NCBI GenBank assembly: GCA_963735145.1 | Contig: CAVTJS010000003.1 | Location: 2,739,194 to 2,803,193 of the forward strand | Direction: 5' to 3' | Length of the DNA: 64,000 bases | DNA from: Bryobacterales bacterium | GTDB lineage: Bacteria; Acidobacteriota; Terriglobia; Bryobacterales; Bryobacteraceae | Part shown: positions 55,091 through 64,000 of the stretch, one piece after another | Position numbering within the stretch: position 1 is the first letter of the stretch | How the letters are laid out: each line of letters begins with the position of its first letter | Program-made: the position numbers and the translations under genes | Notes under the pieces: generated by a model | What the model was told of the DNA's origin: nothing | The model's database searches: none | The model's input: only the letters and a program-made list of their open reading frames with translations

Positions 55091-56251
55091 ATGGAGAGTA
55101 TGAAGTTGTTTGTGCCCCTCCTGATGCTTGGATCCAGCTGCGTGTGCGCCGTTAGTTTGGTCGCGGCAGACACGGCGGTGGTGGAAGAAATTGTTGCCAA
55201 ATGTAACGGCGATATCGTCACGCGAGGAGATCTGGATCGCGCCCGCCGCGAGCTGATCGAGACCCTGCGCGCGAACGGCATCGTGGGGGAGGAACTGGAG
55301 AAGCAGTTAGCGGAGCGCGAGAAGAACCTGCTTCGGGACCGCATCGACCAGTTGATTCTGACCCAGAAGGCCAAAGACCTCAACATCAATGTGGACAGCG
55401 ACGTCAGCAAGCAGATGGCCGCCATTCAATCCGACTCCAAGATTGCCGATCCGGAAAAGTTCCAGGCCTATATCAAGGAGCAGAGCGGCATGTCGTATGA
55501 GGACTTCAAGCAGGAGATGAAAAACCGCATTCTCACACAACGCGTGATTCGCGAAGAAGTGAGCGAGAAGATGTCGGTGAAGCACGAAGAGTTGGAAAAA
55601 TATTACAACGAGCACAAAACGGATTTCGTGCGCGATGAGCAGATCACCTTGCAGGAGATCCTGATCTCCACCGAAGGCAAGGATGAGGCGGGGATAGCAG
55701 CCGCTGAGAAGAAGGCCAAGGATCTGGTGGCGCGCGCGCGCAAAGGGGAACGTTTCGCCGAGATGGCGCGCGACAATTCCGATTCCGTCAGCGCCAAGGG
55801 CATGGGCGAACTTCCGCCTTACAAAAAGGGCGTCATGGGCAAGAATCTCGAGGATCTGGTTTGGAATCAGCCCAAAGGCTACATCACCGATCCTATCAAG
55901 ACCAGCAACGGATTCTTGATTCTGCGCGTGGAGGATCACCAGAAGGCCGGCCAAGCCGAGCTCGCCGAAGTGGAGAGCCGGATCCAGGAAATACTTCTCG
56001 CGCCCAAGTTGGACGCCGCCGTCCGCGACTATCTCACCAAGCTGCGCAAGGACGCGTTTCTTGAGATCAAGGCCAATTACATCGACACCGGAGCGGCGGG
56101 CGGCAAAGACACCGCCTGGGTGGATCCCGCGCAGCTGAGACCTGAGACCGTGAAGAAGGAAGAAGTTATCAGCACCACCCGGAAAAAGAGACTGCTGTGG
56201 ACCATCCCGGTTCCGGGAACCCAGACCACGTCGATCAGTTCATCGCAGTAG
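55091..56251 (+). CDS. SurA-like periplasmic chaperone/parvulin-type peptidyl-prolyl isomerase
   Basis: The start is at [20 protein letters not shown] (or the ATG at 55100). It has a SurA_N-like helical domain and a PpiC rotamase domain ([29 protein letters not shown]). Confidence 0.8.
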   Translation: MESMKLFVPLLMLGSSCVCAVSLVAADTAVVEEIVAKCNGDIVTRGDLDRARRELIETLRANGIVGEELEKQLAEREKNLLRDRIDQLILTQKAKDLNINVDSDVSKQMAAIQSDSKIADPEKFQAYIKEQSGMSYEDFKQEMKNRILTQRVIREEVSEKMSVKHEELEKYYNEHKTDFVRDEQITLQEILISTEGKDEAGIAAAEKKAKDLVARARKGERFAEMARDNSDSVSAKGMGELPPYKKGVMGKNLEDLVWNQPKGYITDPIKTSNGFLILRVEDHQKAGQAELAEVESRIQEILLAPKLDAAVRDYLTKLRKDAFLEIKANYIDTGAAGGKDTAWVDPAQLRPETVKKEEVISTTRKKRLLWTIPVPGTQTTSISSSQ

Positions 56252-56266
56252 GGGCGCCGGGTCTCC

Positions 56267-57404
56267 ATGAAGTCGCCCTACCTTAGCGATCTAAAGCCAA
56301 ACCAGGTTTTCACCACTACTTTTCTTGTTCACGGCAAAGACGTTCGCCAGAAGAAGTCCGGCGAGCCCTACCTTTCCCTGCTGCTCGGAGACCGCACGGG
56401 CGAGGTGGACGCCAAGATGTGGGATAACGTCGCCGAAGTGGTGGACACCTTTGAGCGCGACGACTTCGTCAAGGTGAAAGGACTGCTGCAGATTTTCCAG
56501 AACCGTCTGCAGATGACGGTCCACAAGATGGCGCGCGTGCTGGATTCGGATATCGATTTCGCCGATTTTTTTCCAGCTTCCTCGCGCGATCCCCAGGAAA
56601 TGTTCGCCGAGCTGCGCGCCCTGGTGGCGGCCATGCGCAATCCGCACCTGCGCGGCGCTGCTGGACGCGTTTCTGGACGATGAACCTCTGGCGCGCATGT
56701 ATCGAACCGCGCCGGCCGCGAAAAACGTGCATCACGCTTACCTGGGCGGATTGATCGAACACGTGCTTTCGGTCTGCCGGCTGTGCCACCTTACTTCTTC
56801 GCATTACGACACTGTGGATCCGGACCTGTTGCTGACCGGCGCAATTCTTCACGATATCGGTAAGGTGGCCGAATTGACCTACGAGCGGAGCTTTGGTTAC
56901 AGCTCGGAAGGCCAATTGCTTGGCCACATTGTCATCGGACTGCGTCTGTTGCACGAGAAGCTCCAGCAGGTGCCCGATTTTCCGCCCAAGCTCCGGGTTT
57001 TAGTAGAGCACCTGATCATCAGCCACCACGGCGAACTGGAATATGGCTCTCCCAAAGTGCCGCTATTCCCCGAAGCGATGCTGCTGCATCATCTGGATAA
57101 TCTGGATTCCAAAATGGAGTGCATGCGGGCGCTGACCGAGAAGGACCGTCATATCGACGGTTGCTGGACCGGCTACAGCCCGTCGCTGGAACGCGCCATT
57201 CTCAAGAAAGCGAAGTATCTGGAGGATGCGCCGGCACGTGAAGTTCCCCCGATCTCGTCCGATTCGTCCGCATCGCAGGAGCCGCCCACGCCAGAGCCGC
57301 TAAGCGCCGCAGAGCGTTCGCAACACCCGTCGCAACAGCGGTTCACGCCGAGTAGCTCTCCCTTCGCGGAAAAATTGCAGCAAGCATGGCGCAAGGATTC
57401 GTAA
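56267..57404 (+). pseudogene. YhaM-like OB-fold + HD-domain 3'-5' exoribonuclease/phosphohydrolase, frameshifted
   Basis: ORFs 56267-56683 (OB fold: FLVHGKDVRQKKSGEPYLSLLLGDRTGEVDAKMWD) and 56697-57404 (HD: HHAYLGGLIEHVL, ILHDIGKV, ISHHG) join if 1 nt is removed at about 56652-56656 (..NPHLR/ALLDAFLDDEPLARMYRTAPAAK..). Confidence 0.75.
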
Positions 57405-59419
57405 CGCCAGCCGCTTCCCGCACACTTCCAGACGGCAGAGGCAACCTGCTGCGGGGCATCCTCGCAGGCGGGTTTATCGCGGGCTTGTTTCTGTTCTTCA
57501 ACTGGCGCGGGCTCCTCGTCTACTACACCGGCGACGACATGATGAATCTGTATGGCTACTGGAGCCAGCCGCTCAGCTCGCTGGTGAAGGCCAACATTTT
57601 CTTCTGGACGCCATACTATCGTCCCTTCGGCGGCATCGTCTATCGAAGCCTGTTTGCGATCTTCGGTTTTAATCCTTACCCGCTCTACGTCGTGTACTTC
57701 GCGGCGATGCTGCTGAACCTGTGGCTGGCCTATATGGTGTTCGCGAGGATCGGCGGATCAAAGGAAATTGGCGCCATCGCCACGCTGCTGTACGCCTTCC
57801 ACGGCAAGTTCGATTATCTGTATTACAACGCCGGATCGATGTACGACGTTTTCTGCTTCCTGTTTTATTTTCTTGCCTTAGTGATTTATCTCCGCGCCAG
57901 GCTGCGCGGCCGGTTCCTGGGCGCATGGCATACGCTCGGGTTTCTGGCGTGTTTGATATGCGCTTTCAATTCCAAGGAAATGGGCGCCACGCTGCCGGTG
58001 ATCGTTTTCCTGTACGAGCTGATTTTTCATCCGCCGGATTTCCGCAGCGCTCGTGCGCTCCTCCGCTGGTGTTTGCGGGAAGGAAGAATGGCGCTGCTGG
58101 GCGCTTTGTGCGTGTTGATCTACATTCCAGCCAAGCTCGGGGCCGGCGGCTTGGCCCAAGACGCTGCCTACGTTCCCAGTTATACCTGGGCTCGCTGGAT
58201 TGAGGACACCGGGACATACCTGGGTTACTTGATTTATCGCAACAATCCCGCGGTGGTGCTCAATGTCACGCCCTTGACTCCTCTTGGTGTGGCCGTCTTT
58301 TATGGCATACTCGTCGCGGTCGCGCTGTGGATCCGCTCTCGCGTGGCATGGTTCGGTTTGCTCTTCTTCGCGATTACGCTGCTGCCGGTATCGTTCATCC
58401 CCGCGCGCCTGGGCTTCGTGCTTTACCTGCCGTTGGCCGGCATGGCGCTTTACGTCGCAGTTTGCCTGGTGCGCTTCAAAGAAAGACTGTGCCGGCTGAT
58501 TTCCGACGACCTTCCCGGCCAGGTTCCAGCTTTGGGTGCACGAGTCTCTACTTCGGTGGCGCTGTTCATCGCCACGGCTCTCGTGATTTCAGCGGTGGAT
58601 TACCGAAATTGGCAACGCGCGCCCGACCCGCGGTTTTCGCCCCAAAAGATCACCATTACCGAATTCTCGCGGCTGTACCCCAGCTTGCCCCACGGCGCCA
58701 AGATCCTATTTGTCCATAGTCCGTTGGATTCGAACTATGACATGGTGTTTCTGCTGCGGAATTATTATCGCGATACGAACCTTTTCGTCACCGAGTTGAA
58801 CGGCCCCCAGGCACAGCGTATTCCTCTGGATCGCCTGCCGCATTACGATCACATTTTCGATTATGCTGAAGGCCATTACGTGGAGCTGGAGAACGACGAT
58901 GCCGCCCAAAGCGTGCAACTTCACATCGTGAAGACGGCGAACCCCAGCGACGCTTTCGGCGAAGTGATGAGCATCGGGCGGCCGGGCGCTTCTCAATACA
59001 TCGTGAAAGGCGTATTGGTGGGCGATCCCAAAGCGGATGGCTATTGGACCTTCGATGAACCCGAGCTACGGTTCCGGCTTTCGTCCGTTCAACATAACGT
59101 GTTCCGGGAGCACTTCCTTCTTCCGTTTGAGACGCTCAAGCAGACTGGCCCGCTCAGGGTGGATTTTTATGTGAACGAGCATTTACTCGATCAAGCGCGG
59201 TTCGCCAAGGACGGCGAAGTGATCTACCAGCATCCTGTCCCGGCGGATTGGTTGAAGACCGATAGCCTCACGATGGTGCGTATGAAGGTCCTGAATCCGT
59301 ACATCGCTCCGCGCGACGGCGCCCGGCTAGGCGTCCTGCTGCGGTCCGCTGCGTTCGCCCCTAGCTTTCCAGGTGTTGCCGCGCCCGCTGAAACACCGCG
59401 CGAAACATCGACTCAGTGA
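57386..59419 (+). CDS. large polytopic membrane protein, possibly a GT-C-type (ArnT/PMT-like) glycosyltransferase, with a soluble C-terminal domain
   Basis: 677-aa ORF. About 400 aa contain many hydrophobic helices with an early ..YYTGDDMMNLYGYW.. loop, followed by a ~230-aa hydrophilic domain. The function is an inference from architecture only. Confidence 0.5.
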   Translation: MAQGFVTPAASRTLPDGRGNLLRGILAGGFIAGLFLFFNWRGLLVYYTGDDMMNLYGYWSQPLSSLVKANIFFWTPYYRPFGGIVYRSLFAIFGFNPYPLYVVYFAAMLLNLWLAYMVFARIGGSKEIGAIATLLYAFHGKFDYLYYNAGSMYDVFCFLFYFLALVIYLRARLRGRFLGAWHTLGFLACLICAFNSKEMGATLPVIVFLYELIFHPPDFRSARALLRWCLREGRMALLGALCVLIYIPAKLGAGGLAQDAAYVPSYTWARWIEDTGTYLGYLIYRNNPAVVLNVTPLTPLGVAVFYGILVAVALWIRSRVAWFGLLFFAITLLPVSFIPARLGFVLYLPLAGMALYVAVCLVRFKERLCRLISDDLPGQVPALGARVSTSVALFIATALVISAVDYRNWQRAPDPRFSPQKITITEFSRLYPSLPHGAKILFVHSPLDSNYDMVFLLRNYYRDTNLFVTELNGPQAQRIPLDRLPHYDHIFDYAEGHYVELENDDAAQSVQLHIVKTANPSDAFGEVMSIGRPGASQYIVKGVLVGDPKADGYWTFDEPELRFRLSSVQHNVFREHFLLPFETLKQTGPLRVDFYVNEHLLDQARFAKDGEVIYQHPVPADWLKTDSLTMVRMKVLNPYIAPRDGARLGVLLRSAAFAPSFPGVAAPAETPRETSTQ

Positions 59420-60047
59420 GCTTGCCGGTAGAGGTGTTCTGCTGGCTGGGATGGTAGGAACTGATCAGCAGCGGCTGGTGTTCGCCGGTGCGATGCTCCG
59501 CGTTGTGAGCGAAAACGAACCCGGAGCGCCGGGTAATTTTATTTTGGTCGCGCAGGATGCCGAGATACACGTCGAATGCGAGCCGGCCGAGCGCCACCAC
59601 TACTTCCACGGTCTTGAGCAGCGCCAGTTCGCGCTCCAGATAGGGGCGGCAGGTGCGAATCTCCTGGACCGCCGGCTTGTTGTCCGGCGGCGCGCAGCGG
59701 ACGGCCGCGCTCATGTAAGCGTCGATCAGCTTCAATCCATCGTCGCGCGAAACGCTGGTGGGCTGCGACGCAAAGCCGGTGGCGAACAGAACCTTGTACA
59801 GGAAATCGCCCGAGCTGTCGCCGGTGAACATGCGCCCCGTGCGATTGGCGCCGTGGGCTCCGGGCGCCAGCCCAATCAGTAGCAGCCGGGCGCGGGGATC
59901 GCCAAAGCCAGGTACGGGCTTCGCCCAATAATCCCAATCCCGATAGGCGCGGCGCTTGATGCGTCCTACTTCGGCGCGATAGGCAACCAGCCGCGGGCAC
60001 TGTTGGCACGATACGATCTTGCGCTGCAGGCTTTCGAGAGGCTGCAA
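59361..60047 (-). CDS. uracil-DNA glycosylase (Fe-S containing family 4/5 type)
   Basis: 228-aa ORF with the N-terminal CQQCPRL cysteine cluster and the GLAPGAHGANRTGRMFTGD and SSYHPSQQN motifs. Confidence 0.8.
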   Translation of the reverse strand: MQPLESLQRKIVSCQQCPRLVAYRAEVGRIKRRAYRDWDYWAKPVPGFGDPRARLLLIGLAPGAHGANRTGRMFTGDSSGDFLYKVLFATGFASQPTSVSRDDGLKLIDAYMSAAVRCAPPDNKPAVQEIRTCRPYLERELALLKTVEVVVALGRLAFDVYLGILRDQNKITRRSGFVFAHNAEHRTGEHQPLLISSYHPSQQNTSTGKLTESMFRAVFQRARQHLES

Positions 60048-60182
60048 ACTACAAGATTAGTGTATTCAGGCCGAGCAAGTACCAAGTTGCAAAAATTCGC
60101 ATCTGGCGCTCCCTGACGGTCGCGGTTCGGAAAAGCTGTCTGAACCGCGCGCGTAAGCAAGCGGCATTTCTGCAACCTGGTA

Positions 60183-61289
60183 CTAGCGGGAAATGGCGGT
60201 GCGCATATTCTCAAGGGAAGCTTCGAGCGACGTCAAATCAGCCGCGGGATTGGTTTGAATGGTGCTCGCGAAGAGCGGAACCAATTCCGGATCGCGCCAT
60301 CCACGCCGAACTTCTTCCTCCATTACCGCAAAAGCCTCTTCCGGCGATAACGCGGACTTGTAGGGGCGCTCGCTGGTTAAAGCATCGTAGATATCGGACA
60401 CCTGCAGAATGCGCGCCAGCAGCGGAATGGATTCGCCCGCCAATCCGTCCGGGTAGCCGGACCCATCCCAACGCTCGTGATGGCTGCGAATAATCGGCAG
60501 CACCGGCGCTAAACTACCCATGGGACGGCAAATCTCCTCGCCACGGGTGGGATGGCTCCGCATCACTTCCCATTCCTGGCTGGTAAGCGATCCTTGTTTA
60601 AAGAGAATGGCGTCTGGAACGGCGATCTTGCCGATATCGTGAAGATAGCCGCCGCGATAGAGCGCGGTAAGATCCTGGCTCGGGAGGCCCAGCGCCTCGC
60701 CCAGCATCACCGATGCCACCGCCAGCCGCTGGCAATGCTTGCCGGTGTACTTGTCGCGATGCTCCACGGTTTGGGCCAGTGCTAGCAGGATAGTTTCGGC
60801 CTCTTCGAGCGAATCGATAAGGGCTTTGTTGCGCAACATGGCACGCACCCGCGTCCGCACCACGGCCGGATGCAGCGGCTTGATCAGAAACTCATCGGCT
60901 CCCGACGAAATGCCGACGATTTCGTTCTCCACGCCCTGGAGGTTGGTGATCATCAGGACCGGGATCAACTGCGTGGCGCGGCGCGCCTTCATCCAGCGGC
61001 AGAGCTCCGGACCGCTCATCTCCGGCAGCATCAGGTCCAGAATTACCAGGTCGATTTTTTCGGATTGCAGTAGCGCTGTCGCTTCAGACGCCCGATGCGC
61101 CTCAAGAATTTTGTATGGGGTGGTTTTGAAAATGGCCTTCAATAACCGGCGGTTGATGTCCTCGCTATCCACCACCAAAATTGTTGCCGGAATTTGGGCG
61201 CTGTCATCCGCTTCAAAGAAAGGGATGGGTGCAATTATGGAGGTGGAAGAGGCCGAACGCGAAATCGCGAGATTTTCCTTGCTTGGCAT
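60183..61289 (-). CDS. response regulator with HD-GYP output domain (c-di-GMP phosphodiesterase type)
   Basis: 368-aa ORF. The REC domain is ILVVDSEDINRRLL..DLVILDLMLPEMSG. The HD-GYP domain is YLHDIGKIAVPD..HHERWDGSGYPDGL. Confidence 0.9.
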   Translation of the reverse strand: MPSKENLAISRSASSTSIIAPIPFFEADDSAQIPATILVVDSEDINRRLLKAIFKTTPYKILEAHRASEATALLQSEKIDLVILDLMLPEMSGPELCRWMKARRATQLIPVLMITNLQGVENEIVGISSGADEFLIKPLHPAVVRTRVRAMLRNKALIDSLEEAETILLALAQTVEHRDKYTGKHCQRLAVASVMLGEALGLPSQDLTALYRGGYLHDIGKIAVPDAILFKQGSLTSQEWEVMRSHPTRGEEICRPMGSLAPVLPIIRSHHERWDGSGYPDGLAGESIPLLARILQVSDIYDALTSERPYKSALSPEEAFAVMEEEVRRGWRDPELVPLFASTIQTNPAADLTSLEASLENMRTAISR

Positions 61290-61412
61290 TGGCAGATCGG
61301 CCCGGAAGCAGCAAGCTCCAAATGGGACTATCGTCGGAACAATGCCAAAAGTTTAAGGGGAATGGCGCGGTGGCTCCTTCTAAGCTACTGAAACGAAACG
61401 GCGACTAAGGCC

Positions 61413-62198
61413 TTACTTCTTATTTAGTTGGGACTGAATGTCCGTCACGTAGCTTTGTGTTTCCTGAATTTGCGGGACGCCACCATCCTTATCCACCCGT
61501 GCCTCGCCCGCATTATAGGCCGCCAAAGCCAAACTCACGTCGTTGTTGTATTTTGTTAGCAATTGCTTAAGCAGCTCGGTGCCGGCCTCGACATTCTGGT
61601 GCGGATCAAACGGGTTTTTCACCCCAAATTGCTCGGAAGTAGCCGGCATGAGCTGCATCAACCCCTGAGCACCCTTCCAGGAAACCGCGCAGGGCCGCGC
61701 TCCGGACTCCTCCGCGATCACCGCCCGGATCAATTCCGCCTTCACTCCCTGCTGCTGGGAGGCCTCCCCCACCAGCTTGTCCAGTTCGGCGGCTGGAATA
61801 GGATCGCAGGGAGGGAGACTGAATGGGACGGGCGTTTCCACCCATGGAACGGTAAAAAAGGAAGCCGCTGGGGTAGGCGCCTTGCCCATGACTCCGGCCA
61901 CTTGTTTGATAACCGCGATACGCTGCTTGGCGATGGACTCGGCCATGGCGGATTTCACCGCATCGGGATTGGGCTGCTGGCTGCTCGGCTGTTGCACCGT
62001 AGGCGGCTGCGCTGGAGGCTGTTGCACCAGGGATTGAACCGCAGGCGTCGATTGTTCCGCGGGTTGGACATCCGGCAGCTTTTGCGGGTCAGGTGTTGGC
62101 GGGTCGGCTGGTTTAGTCTGCGCCGACACCAACCCAGCCGACATCAGTGCAGCCAACAACAGGACCATAAGCCAGATGTGCCTCATCTCTGTTCTCAT
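61413..62198 (-). CDS. secreted lytic transglycosylase (SLT domain) with a Gln/Pro-rich linker
   Basis: Within ORF 61413-62441 the start is taken at MRTEMRHIWLMVLLLAALMSAG (62198; alternative 62186). SLT motifs are AEESGARP, GLMQLMP and AAYNAGEARV. Confidence 0.8.
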   Translation of the reverse strand: MRTEMRHIWLMVLLLAALMSAGLVSAQTKPADPPTPDPQKLPDVQPAEQSTPAVQSLVQQPPAQPPTVQQPSSQQPNPDAVKSAMAESIAKQRIAVIKQVAGVMGKAPTPAASFFTVPWVETPVPFSLPPCDPIPAAELDKLVGEASQQQGVKAELIRAVIAEESGARPCAVSWKGAQGLMQLMPATSEQFGVKNPFDPHQNVEAGTELLKQLLTKYNNDVSLALAAYNAGEARVDKDGGVPQIQETQSYVTDIQSQLNKK

Positions 62199-62253
62199 CG
62201 GCGGGAATTGCCGGAGGGAAGATACCGCCGGCGGAGTATAGTAGAGCTTCTGC

Positions 62254-63267
62254 ATGAGAATCATCGCCGAAGCGCCCTGCCGCATCGACCTGGCGGGAGG
62301 CACGCTCGATATCTGGCCCTTGTACCTGTTCCACCCGGGCGCGGTCACCGTGAATTTTGCCATCAACCGGTTCACGCGTTGCGCCATCCAAGCTCTGGAC
62401 TCGGCCGAGATCCGGCTCGGCTCAAGCGATCTCGGCGCCACGGAGAACTACCGCTCGCTCGCTGAACTGGACGTTGCCGTCCGGCCTCGGCTGCCACTGG
62501 CGGCTCATCTGCTGCGCTTTTTTCGTCCGTGTAACGGCCTGGCGATACAAACCGATTCCGAATCGCCCGCTGGGGCCGGGATTGCCGGATCGTCGGCGCT
62601 GATGATTGCCACCGCGAGCGCACTGAATCGTTTTACCCGCTCCGGCCACGGCCCTGAAAAAATCCGCGAGATCGCCCAGAACGTCGAAGCGCAGATCATT
62701 CGCGTGCCGACCGGAGTGCAGGATTATTATCCGGCGCTGTACGGCGGCGTCAGCGCCATCGAACTCGGGGCCGGGGGCATGCGGCGTGTCGAGATCCCGG
62801 TGGATCTGGACGACTTCAATCACCGCTTCGTGCTCTGCTACACCGGAGCGCCGCGGAACTCCGGCATCAATAACTGGGAGGTGACCAAAGCCTACATCAA
62901 CGGCGACCGCAGGGTGCAACGCAACTTTGGACATATCGCCGCGATCGCATCCAGCATGCGGGGCGCCGTCGAAAAAGCCGATTGGAGCGAGGCCGGCCGG
63001 CTGCTGCGCGAAGATTGGTCGCTTCGCCGGAGCAACGTGCCGGGCATTTCCACGCCTCCGATCGATCGATTAATCGCGTTGGCCAGGCGAGCCGGCTCAC
63101 TGGGCGCTAAAGTCTGTGGGGCGGGCGGGGGTGGTTGTGTCTTTTTTCTTGTGGAGCGTGGTGCCCAGGAACGCGTGGCGCGAGCGATTGCGAAGGCCGG
63201 AGCTGAAATTCTGCCTGTGCAAGTGGCCGCGCGCGGTGTCACAATTCGAAAGGGATCGAAGAATTAA
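62254..63267 (+). CDS. GHMP-family sugar kinase
   Basis: 337-aa ORF with APCRIDLAGGTLDIWP, the phosphate-binding loop SESPAGAGIAGSSAL and C-terminal GAKVCGAGGGGCVFFL. Confidence 0.85.
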   Translation: MRIIAEAPCRIDLAGGTLDIWPLYLFHPGAVTVNFAINRFTRCAIQALDSAEIRLGSSDLGATENYRSLAELDVAVRPRLPLAAHLLRFFRPCNGLAIQTDSESPAGAGIAGSSALMIATASALNRFTRSGHGPEKIREIAQNVEAQIIRVPTGVQDYYPALYGGVSAIELGAGGMRRVEIPVDLDDFNHRFVLCYTGAPRNSGINNWEVTKAYINGDRRVQRNFGHIAAIASSMRGAVEKADWSEAGRLLREDWSLRRSNVPGISTPPIDRLIALARRAGSLGAKVCGAGGGGCVFFLVERGAQERVARAIAKAGAEILPVQVAARGVTIRKGSKN

Positions 63268-64000
63268 ATGGAAGCGCTGCGGGCGGCAATTCAGGACCAG
63301 CCGGAGGGCCGGCTCGACGTGGCCGCGCTCGAAATCGCTTCCATCGAGACGCCGGATCTGGATCCAGAGCCGTTCCTGGGAGTTCTGGATAGAATTGCAT
63401 CCGGAATCGCGGCGCGGCTTCCCGATTCCGCCGATGGCCGCGAGTTTGTTCGCCTGGCGAACGACTATTTGTTCGGCGATCTGGGCTTCCGCGGCAACGA
63501 AATCGACTATAACGATCCGCGTAATAGCTGCCTCAATTATGTCTTGGATCGCCGCACCGGAATCCCGATCGCGCTTTCGGTGATTTACATCGAGGTGGCC
63601 AGACGGTTGGGGCAACCCGTTGCCGGAGTCGGACTGCCCGGGCATTTTATCGTCCAATATAATGACGGCGAATTTGCAACGTATATCGATCCGTTTTACT
63701 CCGGCAAACTCCTCACCACGGAGGATTGCAGGAAGCTGGCGCGCGACCGTACCGGATCGGATGCCGATGCCACCGCGCTCGCGCCCGTCGGCACACGCTA
63801 TATCCTGGTGCGCATGTTGAACAATCTGCGCTCGGCCTATTTTCGCGGCAAACAGTTCGACAAGATGGTGGCGGTGACGGATCTACTGATTGAGGCCTTC
63901 CCGCGAAACCCGGAATACTACAAAGCCCGCGGAGTGGCTCGTTTGCGGATGCGGCAATTCCGGAGCGCTCAGAAAGATCTGGAGCTGTATTTGAAATATT
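63268..64000 (+). CDS. SirB1/transglutaminase-like + TPR protein (UPF0162-like), 3' end outside the window
   Basis: Absent from the ORF track because it has no stop in the window. The ATG at 63268 directly follows the GHMP kinase stop. Own translation: MEALRAAIQDQPEGRLDVAALEIASIE..NSCLNYVLDRRTGIPIALSVIYIEVARRLGQPVAGVGLPGHFIVQY.., followed by a TPR-like tail. Confidence 0.65.
   Translation, partial: MEALRAAIQDQPEGRLDVAALEIASIETPDLDPEPFLGVLDRIASGIAARLPDSADGREFVRLANDYLFGDLGFRGNEIDYNDPRNSCLNYVLDRRTGIPIALSVIYIEVARRLGQPVAGVGLPGHFIVQYNDGEFATYIDPFYSGKLLTTEDCRKLARDRTGSDADATALAPVGTRYILVRMLNNLRSAYFRGKQFDKMVAVTDLLIEAFPRNPEYYKARGVARLRMRQFRSAQKDLELYLKY

Noticed and set aside
54991-55425. 145-codon N-terminal extension of the E1 alpha/beta ORF
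   Set aside because: The extension is Ser/Arg-rich and overlaps the divergent SurA-like gene. Family similarity starts at MATPTRVQ (ATG at 54990).
61563-62465. 300-aa plus-strand ORF over the lytic transglycosylase gene
   Set aside because: It is an antisense shadow ORF. The minus-strand product has the SLT motifs.
1-64000. Search for CRISPR arrays, rRNA genes and long tandem DNA repeats
   Set aside because: No regularly spaced direct repeats, rRNA-like conserved blocks or long tandem repeats were seen. The only periodic DNA is the 27-nt coding periodicity inside 49343-50029.

Overview
GC-rich bacterial chromosomal segment, most likely Acidobacteriota. This is inferred from an ADOP-type duplicated MacB permease, a CarboxypepD_reg-type TonB-dependent receptor and a GloVer-like repeat fragment. 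About 50 protein genes can be supported. They cover housekeeping and envelope functions (fused E1 alpha/beta dehydrogenase, SurA-like PPIase, uracil-DNA glycosylase, lytic transglycosylase, GHMP kinase, HD-GYP response regulator), many secreted or redox enzymes (GMC oxidoreductase, two tandem VOC proteins, multicopper oxidase, metallophosphoesterases, amidohydrolases, MBL hydrolases, SDRs, alpha/beta hydrolases) and several accessory or decaying patches. I found no rRNA, no CRISPR array and no canonical tRNA. Mobile or scar elements are one complete IS5/IS1182-superfamily IS (21289-22770) with 19-bp imperfect inverted repeats, a 5' fragment of a group II intron (about 44400-44965), and several truncated gene remnants. 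The most interesting loci are: (1) 45.3-52.1 kb, where an ECF sigma is translationally coupled to a soluble zinc-anti-sigma/STAS fusion, next to a separate STAS + RsbW-like kinase pair and an operon ending in a PrsW protease; (2) 18.8-29.8 kb, where two diverged dynamin-like GTPases converge on a decaying antiporter/DUF190/Usp operon split by the IS, and one GTPase is grouped with a metallophosphoesterase and a 607-aa orphan; (3) a non-canonical tRNA/tmRNA-like element in a 1-kb non-coding patch at 7.0-8.1 kb. At least seven otherwise well-conserved genes carry single-nucleotide frameshifts, so assembly indel errors must be excluded before calling pseudogenes or gene fusions. All functional calls come from motif recognition by eye on the supplied translations; no database search was run.
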